DNA from: a virus
Taxonomy: Duplodnaviria; Caudoviricetes
DNA: 64,000 nucleotides
IMG/VR virus record: IMGVR_UViG_3300047160_010653
Span: 9,104-73,103 of that record
Direction: 5' to 3' (one strand)
Below, one piece after another: positions 28,531 to 38,150 of this stretch. Under the pieces are notes generated by a model. The model was not told the DNA's origin. It ran no database searches and saw only the letters and a list, made by a program, of their open reading frames with translations. A program made the position numbers and the translations under genes. The stretch's first letter is position 1, and each line of letters opens with the position of its first letter.

Positions 28531-29301
28531 ATGAACGACAACCTTGTACCTACCAACAGCAACGGCAACCTGCCTGACCATATCGGCCGCATGCAAAACC
28601 TGCTCGGCGGTCTCGCCAACATATCACAGTCCATCGACGAAGCTGGTGGCGTCGCATCCGGACTGCCGTTCATCGGCATTAACGGCGACGGCGTCTGGGC
28701 CTACGGCCAGGATCGCACCGAGGTCGAGCCGGATTCGCGCTGGGCAATCGACATCCGCTCCTGCAAGCACGGCTACATCGCGTGGCCGCCGAACAACACG
28801 AAAGAGCGCAAGCCGCTCGGCGAGCGCATGGTCCCGGCCAGCATGCCGTTGCCGCCGGTCACCGACCTGCCGAACGTGGGCGCGCCCTACACTTTGCAGT
28901 TTTCTTTCGAAGTGCTGTGCCTGACCGGCGAGGACACGGGCACGATGGCGCTCTACAAGAACGGGTCCTACGGCGCCAAGGTGATCATGCAAAATCTGGT
29001 CGATGCCGTGCGCAAGCAGGCGCGGCTCGACCAGTCAAACCTGTGCCCGGTGGTCAAGCTCGGCATCCGCGACTATTTCCACAGCGAGTGGAAAAAGACG
29101 ATCTACAATCCGGTGCTGGACATCCAGAAGTGGATGACCTTCGAAGAGTTCGATGGTCTCGCAGACGGTGAAGACCCGCCGCAGCAACGCGTCGAGCAGA
29201 AACCGCAACCGCAGCCGCAGCGGACCGCGCCGCAGTCTGAGCCGCAGCCGCAGGTGACGCCGACAGGACGGCGGCGGCCGCGTACACAGCCGACGGCGTA
29301 A
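28531..29301 (+). CDS. Single-stranded DNA-binding / annealing-type protein
   Basis: Lies between exonuclease and polymerase; beta-rich core, PVVKL ... YFHSEW ... YNPVL; disordered Pro/Gln C-tail. Confidence 0.6.
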   Translation: MNDNLVPTNSNGNLPDHIGRMQNLLGGLANISQSIDEAGGVASGLPFIGINGDGVWAYGQDRTEVEPDSRWAIDIRSCKHGYIAWPPNNTKERKPLGERMVPASMPLPPVTDLPNVGAPYTLQFSFEVLCLTGEDTGTMALYKNGSYGAKVIMQNLVDAVRKQARLDQSNLCPVVKLGIRDYFHSEWKKTIYNPVLDIQKWMTFEEFDGLADGEDPPQQRVEQKPQPQPQRTAPQSEPQPQVTPTGRRRPRTQPTA

Positions 29302-31458
29302 TTGCGCTACGCCCCGGAAAATCTGGTTTTCTTTGACTTCGAGACGCGTTCGCCAGTACCGATCAGCCACGGCTCCTACCGCTATGCGGTCGAAGCCGAG
29401 GCGGTTCTGCTGGCGTACGCCATCGGGCTCGGACCCGTGCAACTGGTCGACCGCCGCGGCAGCGCGCTTGCCTACGGCGATCTGCCGGGCGATCTGCGGG
29501 AAGCCTTCGAGGCCGGACAGGTGTTCTGCGCCTGGAACACCGGTTTCGACCGCTGCGTGTGGAATTACGCGCTCACCGATAGCCCGTTCCTGGCCCCTGG
29601 GCAGGTCATAGACGCGCGTGCGACCGCGCTCGCCCATAACCTGCCCGACGACCTCGAAACCGCATCCACGAGGCTGGGAGGCCCGGGAAAGCGCAAGGAC
29701 GGCAAAGCTCTGATCGCCCGCTTCTGCGGCAGCAAGGCGGTCACCGCCGATGACGACCCGGAAGCCTGGGAACGGTTCGGCCGCTACGCCAAGCAAGACG
29801 TCGAGGAGTTGCGACGGGTGTTCCGGCTCATGCTGCCCGCGCTCACCGACTACGACTGGGCCACCTATCAGGCCAACGAAGCCGTCAACGACAACGGCGC
29901 GGCGGTTGACCTGCGGTTCTGCCAGGAGGCGGCGCGGCTCGCCAGGGAAGATACGGTGCGCACCAACGACCGGCTCGCGGTTCTGACCGGCGGCGCCATC
30001 ACATCGATCCACCAGCATCTGCGCATCGCGCAATTCATCCATGACCGGCTGCCGAGCGCCGAAGCCCGGCTGGTCATGTCGACGGTCTACAAGGAAGAGG
30101 CCGACAGCGAGGACGACGAGGATTTGGTCGAGAAGGTCAAGTTGACGATTGCCCGCGGGGTGGTCGAACGGCTCTTGGATATGCTGCGGTCGCAAGGCTG
30201 CGACGACAAGGTGCTGATGGAGGTGCTGGAGCTGCGCGAGTTCGGCGCCTCGGCGGCGCCGAAGAAGTTCAAAGCCATCCTTGAGCAGCACGTTGATGGA
30301 CGATTACACGGGCAATTCGTATTCAATGGCGGCGGTCAAACTGGTAGATTCGCAGGTCGCGGAACGCAGCTCCAGAATCTCACAAGAACAGTCCTGGGTA
30401 AGGATGCCTCCGATGATTACGGATATTGGGAGGATTCGACTGTCGCCCTGATCAGCGACGGCTGCTCGCTGGAGGAGCTGGCGGCGCATGGCAATGGTGA
30501 GGTGCCCGCGCGCAAGCTGGCGCTGACGATCAGACCTGCCTTCATCGCCACCGGCAGCAGAACATTGATCAAGGCCGACTACGCGCAGATCGAGGCACGG
30601 GTGCTGCCGTGGCTGTCAAAGTCGAAAGGCGGCAATGAACTGCTAGACGCATTCCGGCGCGCCGACGCCGATCCGGCGGAGCCGGACCTCTACATCGTGA
30701 CCGCAGCCGGAATGACCGGCAAGAGACCAAAGGAAATCAGCAAAGAGGAGCGTCAACGCGGCAAGGTAGCAACCTTAGCCTGTGGCTTCGGCGGCGGCAG
30801 GAACGCTTTGCATTCGATGGCGGCAAACTACCGGATGCACTTTACCGATGAGCAGGCGCAGACGGTGGTCGATGCGTGGAGGGCAGCCAATCCGTGGGCA
30901 CCGGCATTCTGGGGCAAACACAGCCGCGAAGGCAGTTATGGCCTGTTCGGCGCCGCGCGGCAAGCCATCATGCAGCCGGAAACACCAATCACAGTCGGCC
31001 GCGTCACCTTCGTTTACGTGCCGTTGCGCCGCGACGGCATGCTGTTGTGCATCCTGCCGTCGGGGCGGCCGTTGATTTACCCCTCCTGCAAGATGCGCGA
31101 CTACGACATCATCGACAAGACAACAAAACGCGTGCTCGATACACGGCACGGGCTGACGTTTCGCCGCGCGCATGGGATCGTTGCGCTGTATGGCGGCCGG
31201 TTTGCAGAAAACATCACCCAGGCGGCTGCCGCAGATTTGCTGCGTGAGGCCATCGTGCGGCTGGTCGATGAAGGCTTCGCAGTCATTTCGCATTCGCACG
31301 ACGAGATTGTGGTCGAATGCGAGCGGCGCGATATCGAGCGGACAATGACGGCCATGAAGGAGGCAATGGTATTCGACAGACCATGGGCGGCAGGTTTGCC
31401 GCTGGCCGTCGATATGACGGAACGCTGGTTCTACTCAGCTAAGAAAGAACCACAATAA
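29302..31458 (+). CDS. polA: Family A DNA polymerase with 3'-5' exonuclease
   Basis: ExoI DFETRS, ExoII WNTGFDR, ExoIII YAKQDV; motif A ADYAQIEARV, motif B RQRGKVATLACGFG, motif C HSHDEIV. Confidence 0.95.
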   Translation: MRYAPENLVFFDFETRSPVPISHGSYRYAVEAEAVLLAYAIGLGPVQLVDRRGSALAYGDLPGDLREAFEAGQVFCAWNTGFDRCVWNYALTDSPFLAPGQVIDARATALAHNLPDDLETASTRLGGPGKRKDGKALIARFCGSKAVTADDDPEAWERFGRYAKQDVEELRRVFRLMLPALTDYDWATYQANEAVNDNGAAVDLRFCQEAARLAREDTVRTNDRLAVLTGGAITSIHQHLRIAQFIHDRLPSAEARLVMSTVYKEEADSEDDEDLVEKVKLTIARGVVERLLDMLRSQGCDDKVLMEVLELREFGASAAPKKFKAILEQHVDGRLHGQFVFNGGGQTGRFAGRGTQLQNLTRTVLGKDASDDYGYWEDSTVALISDGCSLEELAAHGNGEVPARKLALTIRPAFIATGSRTLIKADYAQIEARVLPWLSKSKGGNELLDAFRRADADPAEPDLYIVTAAGMTGKRPKEISKEERQRGKVATLACGFGGGRNALHSMAANYRMHFTDEQAQTVVDAWRAANPWAPAFWGKHSREGSYGLFGAARQAIMQPETPITVGRVTFVYVPLRRDGMLLCILPSGRPLIYPSCKMRDYDIIDKTTKRVLDTRHGLTFRRAHGIVALYGGRFAENITQAAAADLLREAIVRLVDEGFAVISHSHDEIVVECERRDIERTMTAMKEAMVFDRPWAAGLPLAVDMTERWFYSAKKEPQ

Positions 31459-31466
31459 CAGTTTAC

Positions 31467-31653
31467 AAACGCAGGAAAAATTTTTCCGTGCGTTTTCACC
31501 TGTCGTGCTTGATTCACAATCGTCACCGAGCTTAGGCTTGCAATCGCGTCACAATCAAGAGCGCGCTGCAGCATTCGCTAACCCACTACATCAGGTAGGT
31601 CAAACCGCAACGGAGCACAATCCAATGCGGTCGCGGCCTTCTGTAGGCCGCGA
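31467..31653. other. Palindromes in the polymerase-primase intergenic region
   Basis: Perfect GGAAAAATTTTTCC (31474-31487) extended by AAACGCA/TGCGTTT; 9-bp stem TCGCGGCCT/AGGCCGCGA (31631-31653) just upstream of the primase RBS. Confidence 0.55.
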
Positions 31654-31672
31654 ATCACCGGGGAGAAGTTCC

Positions 31673-32620
31673 ATGGACAGTGTGCGCCATCTGTTTCCGC
31701 AGTTGCTGAAAAACGGCTACGTTCCGATCCCGAACAGGGACAAGGCGTGTTACCTGCCGAAATGGCCGACAATAGAGGTCGACGAGTATCAATGTCAGCG
31801 CTGGGCGCGGCAGCATAAATGGCCAGCGATAGGATTGCGGGTCGAGCCGCCGCTTCTGGTGCTGGATTACGATATACCTGATATTAATATTTTAGCGGCA
31901 CTTGAAGATATTACACCTACCATTGTATTCGACGGTTTGGAACGGCACGGAAACCCACCCAAAACGGCATTTTTCCTGCGGCTGGCTGATGGTGAAGAAG
32001 CGTTCCACGAGGCTCATACGCGCCGCTTCACGTTTACCGGAACACCGAAACCTGCTTTTGCCGTGCAGGCTTTTGCCGGAGGCGGCGGCGGTCAGCAGTT
32101 CGGCGCATTCGGTCCACACTCCCATGATGCGCAAGGGCAGGTGCTGCGGACCTACTCATGGGTCGATGGACGCTCACCGGCCACGGTGCATATCGACGAA
32201 TTGCCGGAGCTGACACGGGCGCAGGTGTTCGCGTTGCTGGATGCAGCCGACAAAGTGCTGGCAAACTGGCCTGGGTTGACCCTTGACCCGAAGTCGAGAC
32301 CGCTCGGCGAAGGGCACCAGGAACAAGCTTACGATCTCACCGAAGACATGTTGTTCCGCGATGTCGAAGGCGTGGAATACACCTATGCGGAGCTGACCGA
32401 AGAGGCCAAGGCGCGCAAGGAGCTGGGGCAACCGGTGATGCGGGTCACTGGCTCGTTCACCAGCGATCCGGTGTCATCAGGGTCACCGCGGGCCAAAGTG
32501 TACTGGGGCCACAACGGAATTTCGATTCACGATTTCAAAACCGGCATCACGCATCGGCCACTGCTCAACATGCATGACCCGGAGGTACAGCGAATAATCA
32601 ATAAGTATATCATTGACTAG
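31673..32620 (+). CDS. Prim-pol (AEP-type bifunctional primase/polymerase)
   Basis: GYVPIP ... IGLR ... LVLDYD catalytic DxD; start refined to MDSVRHLF behind GGAGA. Confidence 0.8.
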   Translation: MDSVRHLFPQLLKNGYVPIPNRDKACYLPKWPTIEVDEYQCQRWARQHKWPAIGLRVEPPLLVLDYDIPDINILAALEDITPTIVFDGLERHGNPPKTAFFLRLADGEEAFHEAHTRRFTFTGTPKPAFAVQAFAGGGGGQQFGAFGPHSHDAQGQVLRTYSWVDGRSPATVHIDELPELTRAQVFALLDAADKVLANWPGLTLDPKSRPLGEGHQEQAYDLTEDMLFRDVEGVEYTYAELTEEAKARKELGQPVMRVTGSFTSDPVSSGSPRAKVYWGHNGISIHDFKTGITHRPLLNMHDPEVQRIINKYIID

Positions 32621-32631
32621 AGAAACGCGCC

Positions 32632-34029
32632 ATGAAAACCAGCGCCAACAAGCTGCATGCGTGGCTGCGCAGACATCAACAGGTTTCCGAGGCATCGCTG
32701 GCAGCGACAATCGCCGAGCACGCAGGCGACAAATGGAAATACGATACCGACAATCAGGTATGGCTGCGGTGGGTCGACACCCACTGGGCGAGACGGCAGA
32801 CGCCGGAAATGCTCGATAAGACAAGGCTCTTCGCAATAGAGTTCACCGGCGCATTGAAGAAAAACGAAATCATCACCAATGCCGAAGCCGTCAAGTTTCA
32901 AACCCAGCGGGCAATCGGGGCAATCGAACGCATCTGCCGCTCGCTGCCGTCATTCCTGGCGCGCACAGCGCTATTCGACGCCGACCCGCATGCACTCGGC
33001 ACACCGGCAGGCACGATTGATTTGCGCAACGGTGAGATAAGGGCGGCCGACCCAGGGGACCATATCACGATACTGGCGACCGTCGTGCCCGCGCCGCCGG
33101 GCACGCCGTGCCCGCGCTGGCAGGCTTTTCTCGACGAGGTCACCGGCGGCGACCGCGACCTGCAGCGCACCCTGCAGCAGTGGGCCGGGATATCGGCGTC
33201 CGGGACCACGCGTGACCAGCGGCTGATGTTCATCTACGGGCCCGGCCGCAACGGCAAGGGCGTGTTCATACGCACCATTGCCGGGCTGCTCGGGGAGCAT
33301 GCCGTCAACGCGCCGCGGGATTTGTTCATGGCCCACGCCGCGGGGGCACAGCACCCAACCGCGCTGGTCGACGTGGTGGCCGCCCGCATGGTGATGGCCA
33401 CCGAGATACCGGAGGGCGCGACATGGGATGCGGCGCTGATCAAGGACATCACCGGCGGCGACCTCATGCCGGTCCGGCGCATGCGGCAGGATTTCTACCG
33501 GGCCGCCCCGCGCTGCACGGTGACGATCTCGGGCAACGCCAAGCCGGAACTGAAGACGGTTGACGAGGCCGTGCGCGGCCGGTTCCTGGTGGTGACGTTC
33601 CCGGTGGTCATTCCGGCCGAGCGGCGGGTGGCCGATCTCGACAAGGTGCTCATCGAGGAGGAGGGGCCAGCGATCCTGCGGTGGGTCATCGACGGCGCTG
33701 TCGACCGCGAGCGCTCGGGGCGTCTCCACGTGGCCAAAACCATCATCACCGACACCGAAGACTACTTCGCCGAGGAGAACATTCTGGAGGACTTCATCAC
33801 CACCTATTTCGAGCGGGCGGATGACGCGGTCGACGAATACAACCGAAATTTCTGGGTCCAAACCAGCGATGCTTTTGTGCTCTGGAGGGGCTTTTGTGGC
33901 CAGTTTGGGCGGGTCCCGGGAGCCAGAAACCCGTTCACAACGGCAATGAAAAATGCACGCATAGGTTACAAGAGAACCGAGGACGGACGCTATTTCACAA
34001 GGATTCGCCGCAAGTTAGACAAGTATTGA
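32632..34029 (+). CDS. D5/P4-type superfamily 3 helicase
   Basis: D5_N-like region (W-x-x-FL-x-EV-x-GGD); Walker A GPGRNGKG; Walker B MATE; IKDITGGD; GNAKP; RFLVVTF. Confidence 0.9.
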   Translation: MKTSANKLHAWLRRHQQVSEASLAATIAEHAGDKWKYDTDNQVWLRWVDTHWARRQTPEMLDKTRLFAIEFTGALKKNEIITNAEAVKFQTQRAIGAIERICRSLPSFLARTALFDADPHALGTPAGTIDLRNGEIRAADPGDHITILATVVPAPPGTPCPRWQAFLDEVTGGDRDLQRTLQQWAGISASGTTRDQRLMFIYGPGRNGKGVFIRTIAGLLGEHAVNAPRDLFMAHAAGAQHPTALVDVVAARMVMATEIPEGATWDAALIKDITGGDLMPVRRMRQDFYRAAPRCTVTISGNAKPELKTVDEAVRGRFLVVTFPVVIPAERRVADLDKVLIEEEGPAILRWVIDGAVDRERSGRLHVAKTIITDTEDYFAEENILEDFITTYFERADDAVDEYNRNFWVQTSDAFVLWRGFCGQFGRVPGARNPFTTAMKNARIGYKRTEDGRYFTRIRRKLDKY

Positions 34030-34032
34030 GAA

Positions 34033-34150
34033 CCATGACACAGAATGACGCAATGTCGCAAATGACGCAGTTTCCCTTCTTATGATGTTCATGCGCGCAT
34101 TACCGTCATAAGAAGGGAAAGTGCGTCATGTGCGTCATGCTGTGTCATGG
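34033..34150. repeat. Iteron-rich long inverted repeat; candidate replication origin
   Basis: 24-bp arms 34062-34085 and 34106-34129 (1 mismatch) around ATGCGCGCAT; further ATGAC(G/A)CA units on both flanks in mirrored orientation. Confidence 0.7.
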
Positions 34151-34242
34151 GTAAAATTGTACCGACCGGGCCAGAAACGGCCCGGCCAGGAATGGCCCGG
34201 CGTGTAGAGGTTCAACGGCTCAACCAGACCCCGCCCGGCATT

Positions 34243-34803
34243 TCAGCGATCACGATGGAGCCAGTGGAGCGCTGGGGAGCCTTTGTGGAGGGGGTCCAGG
34301 ATCAGCCAGCAGAAGTCCTGGGTGCCTCCGCTAGCCTTCCCACCGGCCTTTAGAAAGCTTCCTGGGGGCATGCTGGGGCGCGGGGTGAGCAGGTAGACCT
34401 TGGCGAGCGGGAGCGCTCGCAGCCAATGCGCGGCGTTGAGGCGGCGTACGAGGCAGATGGCGGCAACTTTGCGGGCGCCGCGGTCGAGGGAGAGCCGGAC
34501 GAAGTCCTCGACGTGATCGAATGGCGGGTTGGTGACGACGCTGCCGTGGATCGGTTGGGTCCAGGTCAGGAAATCACGCTTCCAGAACGCGAAGCGTGAG
34601 GTGCGACGATCCTCGATGTCGGCACCGAGGGATCGGTAGCCCGCCTTGCGGGCTTCCTGGACGATGGTGCCAAAGCCGCAAGCGGGATCGAGGATCGGTT
34701 CGGGGAAGCGCTCGACCTCGAACAGGCGCTGGGAGCACCAGGACGGCTCTACGTAAAATCCGTCTTTGTTTTTCGGCCAGATATGGGAATCGCGGGGCTT
34801 CAT
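34243..34803 (-). CDS. Compact amino (N6-A/N4-C) DNA methyltransferase
   Basis: Motif I LDPACGFG, then motif IV VTNPPF. Confidence 0.8.
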   Translation of the reverse strand: MKPRDSHIWPKNKDGFYVEPSWCSQRLFEVERFPEPILDPACGFGTIVQEARKAGYRSLGADIEDRRTSRFAFWKRDFLTWTQPIHGSVVTNPPFDHVEDFVRLSLDRGARKVAAICLVRRLNAAHWLRALPLAKVYLLTPRPSMPPGSFLKAGGKASGGTQDFCWLILDPLHKGSPALHWLHRDR

Positions 34804-35042
34804 GCTTTTTGTTTTTTCCTGGCTTCTTCGATTCGTTTGGCGAGCCCGGGGTAGCGTTGGCGCATGAGCCGAAGAATGTCAGGAGAGATTGTGTTGGTGA
34901 AACGTTCCCAATGAGCGCAGCGCACATGCTCGCGTAGATAGTTATCACTCCATTTCCAGTTTTCGTTTTCTACGTGTCTAAGGAGGAAGAGTGCGGCTTG
35001 GCGAAACTCCTCGATCAGTTTGCTTTTGTAATCTTCGTCCAT
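34800..35042 (-). CDS. Hypothetical protein
   Basis: 80 aa, coupled to the methyltransferase start. Confidence 0.55.
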   Translation of the reverse strand: MDEDYKSKLIEEFRQAALFLLRHVENENWKWSDNYLREHVRCAHWERFTNTISPDILRLMRQRYPGLAKRIEEARKKQKA

Positions 35043-35048
35043 GGTTGG

Positions 35049-36170
35049 TTACTTTATGCTAACCTTGGTCTTGCCTGCAGCTCGTGCCTTGGCGGCGGCC
35101 GAGCGCTCGGCTTTGAACTTGGCGGCCTGCTCTTGCAGATCGGCAAATGTTTTTGGCAATGGCTGGAATCCTGACGGGCTGTCTTTCTCTGACAACAAGA
35201 GCTTTTCGAGATCGTTGAAGATGGTGAAAGCTTCATCGTAGCGACGTTTGAGCGCAGGGTCCTGGACGTGATCGGAATGCAGACACCAGCGGATTTTGTT
35301 GTAGGTCGTTTTGTCCATGACGCCTTTGCGCGCGGTTATCAGGCGTTCTAGACGTTCCAGCTTTTTGAGGTAGTGTGGAAGACCGACCGATTCGAGATAT
35401 TGATGGCATTCGGCTTGAACGCGTTGTTCGTACTCGGCGTCGAGTTTGCGTGTGTGCTGGCGGATTGCTGTATCAAGTTTCTCTTGCGCGGTCATGGAGA
35501 GAAGCTTGGCATCGATTTCGGGTTGGGCGTCGCGACGAGCTTTGTCTTTGGCTTCGGCGATCTTGATCGGTTGTACTGAATCGAGGTTGAGTTCTTTACG
35601 GACCTCTTCCTGTGTCTTGCCTTGTTGGCGCAGTGTGAGGATTTGAATTTCGGTTTCTTCAGTGGTTTTGCTGGGGCGATTGCCTTTGCGGCGGCCCGAG
35701 CCTCTGGGATTGGTCGGAGTTTTTGGTTGCTTTTTTGATTTGGCGGAATCCGCCAAATCAAGAAGATCGTCTCTGATCGTCTCTCGACTTACATTCATAG
35801 CATCAGCGATGGCTTGTTGAGTCCAGTTGTCTTGCTCGTAGAGCTGCACGGCAATGCGCTTGCGGTCGTGCTTGGTTAGGTCTTTGCCTCCAGTGTTGGA
35901 AGCAATGGCGAACTGCAAACGTTTGGTGTCGGCGTCTTGACCTTTACCGAATTTAACTTTGTGGATGATCGGTTTGATTTTGAGTTCTTCGGCAATTTTC
36001 ATGCGGCGGTGGCCTACAATGACCACATCATTTTCGTCGATGAAGGCGGGCAGGTGCTCGATCCAGCCGCTGTGCTTCATTGACTCGCGTAATTCGCTAT
36101 CGTCCTTTGGGAGTTTGCGGATGTTCTCGGCGAACCTGCCGTCTTTTGGGTCGAATAATCCTGCGTTCAT
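35049..36170 (-). CDS. ParB-like N-terminal domain protein with HTH
   Basis: SMKHSGW ... IVGHRRMKIA ParB core; WTQQAIADAMNVSRETIRDDL HTH. Confidence 0.8.
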   Translation of the reverse strand: MNAGLFDPKDGRFAENIRKLPKDDSELRESMKHSGWIEHLPAFIDENDVVIVGHRRMKIAEELKIKPIIHKVKFGKGQDADTKRLQFAIASNTGGKDLTKHDRKRIAVQLYEQDNWTQQAIADAMNVSRETIRDDLLDLADSAKSKKQPKTPTNPRGSGRRKGNRPSKTTEETEIQILTLRQQGKTQEEVRKELNLDSVQPIKIAEAKDKARRDAQPEIDAKLLSMTAQEKLDTAIRQHTRKLDAEYEQRVQAECHQYLESVGLPHYLKKLERLERLITARKGVMDKTTYNKIRWCLHSDHVQDPALKRRYDEAFTIFNDLEKLLLSEKDSPSGFQPLPKTFADLQEQAAKFKAERSAAAKARAAGKTKVSIK

Positions 36171-36212
36171 TCTGGTCTCCTATTGATTACGGGGGCCGTA
36201 GCCCCCGTAGTT

Positions 36213-36731
36213 TTACTCTTCGGTTTCTTGCTGCTCGTTCTGTGCAGGTTCTGCCTCGGCGGTTTTCTTGGGTTTCTTATAGCTGGGGTCGTTGGTCGGC
36301 GTGTCCGGTTCCCGTTCACGCTGAGCGATGCTGTTATGGTGCCGCCATAACACTCTCTTGAAGGCAGTGCGGATGGCTTTGAGGTTATGCTTGGCTACGA
36401 TTGCGATCTTGTGTTCGATGGCATAATCGCGGATCATTTCGGCCGCTTTGACGTAGTCGATGTCGATGTCACCTTCGACCGCTTCCTCGTCATTCATGGG
36501 GTCTACATATTTGATGAACTCGGGGTTCTCCCACAGTTCACCGACGATGGGTTCGATGTAGTCGACCAGGATGAGACGACGCTTGAGGATGCGAGAGGCA
36601 TGCCAGCCTTCGCGTGTTTTTGGGAGTGCTTGGAATTTTGTAACAGCCATGCCGTTCTCCTTTAGGGCACGAGATCGCCGCTGTCGTTCAGCGCCGGTCA
36701 TTGGACGGTTGAAGATGGAATGTCGGCCCAT
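36213..36731 (-). CDS. Hypothetical protein
   Basis: MGRHSIFNRPMTGAERQRRSR basic start, often seen on phage DNA-binding proteins. Confidence 0.6.
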   Translation of the reverse strand: MGRHSIFNRPMTGAERQRRSRALKENGMAVTKFQALPKTREGWHASRILKRRLILVDYIEPIVGELWENPEFIKYVDPMNDEEAVEGDIDIDYVKAAEMIRDYAIEHKIAIVAKHNLKAIRTAFKRVLWRHHNSIAQREREPDTPTNDPSYKKPKKTAEAEPAQNEQQETEE

Positions 36732-36739
36732 GGGGGAGA

Positions 36740-36781
36740 TGTAACAGAATTTTGTTGTGTGATAAGAAAAATTTTGTTACA
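36740..36781. promoter_or_regulatory. Inverted repeat (operator-like) in the AT-rich divergent junction
   Basis: TGTAACAGAATTTT (36740-36753) and AAAATTTTGTTACA (36768-36781), 1 mismatch. Confidence 0.55.
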
Positions 36782-36789
36782 GGGAAGGA

Positions 36790-37548
36790 ATGAACACAAC
36801 CGAAGATTTGTTGAACTTCGTGGGCGGGCGCAGGTTTGCGACTGTGCTTGCCGATCCACCGTGGCAATTCGAGAACCGAAGTGGAAAGGTTGCGCCAGAG
36901 CACAAGCGTTTGGCGCGCTACAAGACGTTGCCGTTGGAAGAGATTTGTGCTTTGCCGGTGAAGAGTTTTGTACTGCCCACTGCGCATCTGTGGTTGTGGG
37001 TGCCGAATGCGTTGTTGATCTCGCATGGAGCGCGGGTGATGGAGGCATGGGGGTTTGAGTACAAGACCAACATTGTCTGGCACAAGATCAGGAAGGATGG
37101 TGGATCGGATGGCAGGGGCGTTGGATTTTATCTTCGTAATGTGACTGAGCTTTTGCTGTTGGGGGTCAGAGGGAAGGGGGCGCGGACATTGGAGCTGGGG
37201 CGCAGGCAAGTTAATTACATCGGGACGATGAAGCGTGAGCATTCACGTAAGCCTGATGAGCAGTATCCGATTATCGAGGGATGTTCACCAGGGCCGTTTA
37301 TCGAGTTGTTTGTCAGGGAGGCTTGGTGGGAGGCTTCATGGGGCGATGAAGTGGTGCCGCCTTCTTCGGGGAGTGGAATAATTAAACCTAAACGGTCTCG
37401 TTCGTGGGCAATGCATAAATGGGGAAGTGCGCGAGATGATGGAACCCTGGCTGTTGCAGGAAGTGGTTTCGCCTGGAAGAGCGCATCCGACCGATCGATG
37501 GAGGGCGCAGGAATTGCCGCGTGGTGCCGCTGCGCTCACGGCTCCTAA
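36790..37548 (+). CDS. MT-A70 family adenine methyltransferase
   Basis: VLADPPW; LWLWVPN; WGFEYKTNIVWHK; RNVTELLLLGVRG; REHSRKP; IELF. Confidence 0.9.
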   Translation: MNTTEDLLNFVGGRRFATVLADPPWQFENRSGKVAPEHKRLARYKTLPLEEICALPVKSFVLPTAHLWLWVPNALLISHGARVMEAWGFEYKTNIVWHKIRKDGGSDGRGVGFYLRNVTELLLLGVRGKGARTLELGRRQVNYIGTMKREHSRKPDEQYPIIEGCSPGPFIELFVREAWWEASWGDEVVPPSSGSGIIKPKRSRSWAMHKWGSARDDGTLAVAGSGFAWKSASDRSMEGAGIAAWCRCAHGS

Positions 37549-37628
37549 AAGGGCGTGGTGGAGGCTAGACAGGGGGGATGGAATGCTGTAAGGGGGAAGG
37601 CTCCTGCCGATTCGCGGGAGGGAGATGC

Positions 37629-38144
37629 ATGGAATGGCTGGTCTGTAGGACCAATCCTATTCTCGAAAACCGGGTTCAGCGCCAGATGTCACGCGCTGGG
37701 CATACGACGTTTTCGCCCTCCTATGTCGAGGCCAACAGCGGCCGTTTGCGCCGCTTTTTTCCGTCATATCTGTTCGTGCACTCACCGACGCGCTGGTATC
37801 ACCTGCTGCGCATGGATGGGGTGATCGGGGTGCTGGCTGGCCGGACCTCGCGGGTGCCGTTCCGTTCGCAGGCTCTTGATGCGGCGGTTGAGGGGATGAT
37901 CGAGAAGGGGGATTGCCTGGGGCATGCGCCAGCGCCGCCGCGGGTGCTCAAGAGCCGGTTTCGGCGTGGCGATCGGGTGCGGATTTGTTCGGGGGTGATG
38001 CGGGATTGTTACGGGCAGTTCGAGGAATTTCGTGGCGGGCGGTCGTGTATTTCATTGGACGGAATGGGTGCGACCGTGACAGTGTCGGATTCTGATCTCG
38101 CTCTCCTGGAAGAGCGGCACAACACGAGCCCCTATAAAAACTAA
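37629..38144 (+). CDS. NusG/RfaH-like transcription antiterminator (probable late regulator)
   Basis: WLVCRT ... FFPSYLFV ... GVIGVL NGN domain; FRRGDRVRICSG KOW motif. Confidence 0.8.
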   Translation: MEWLVCRTNPILENRVQRQMSRAGHTTFSPSYVEANSGRLRRFFPSYLFVHSPTRWYHLLRMDGVIGVLAGRTSRVPFRSQALDAAVEGMIEKGDCLGHAPAPPRVLKSRFRRGDRVRICSGVMRDCYGQFEEFRGGRSCISLDGMGATVTVSDSDLALLEERHNTSPYKN

Positions 38145-38150
38145 GAACTA

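Noticed and set aside
29035-30291. Long antisense ORFs (also 16728-17537, 27271-28233, 32971-33861, 50165-51049, 54415-55449, 63102-63980)
   Set aside because: They lie opposite well-supported genes and have no recognisable motifs; expected shadows of G/C-ending codon bias.
32613-32640. Readthrough fusion of primase and helicase
   Set aside because: The frames differ, another stop follows four codons after the TAG, and no slippery sequence is evident.
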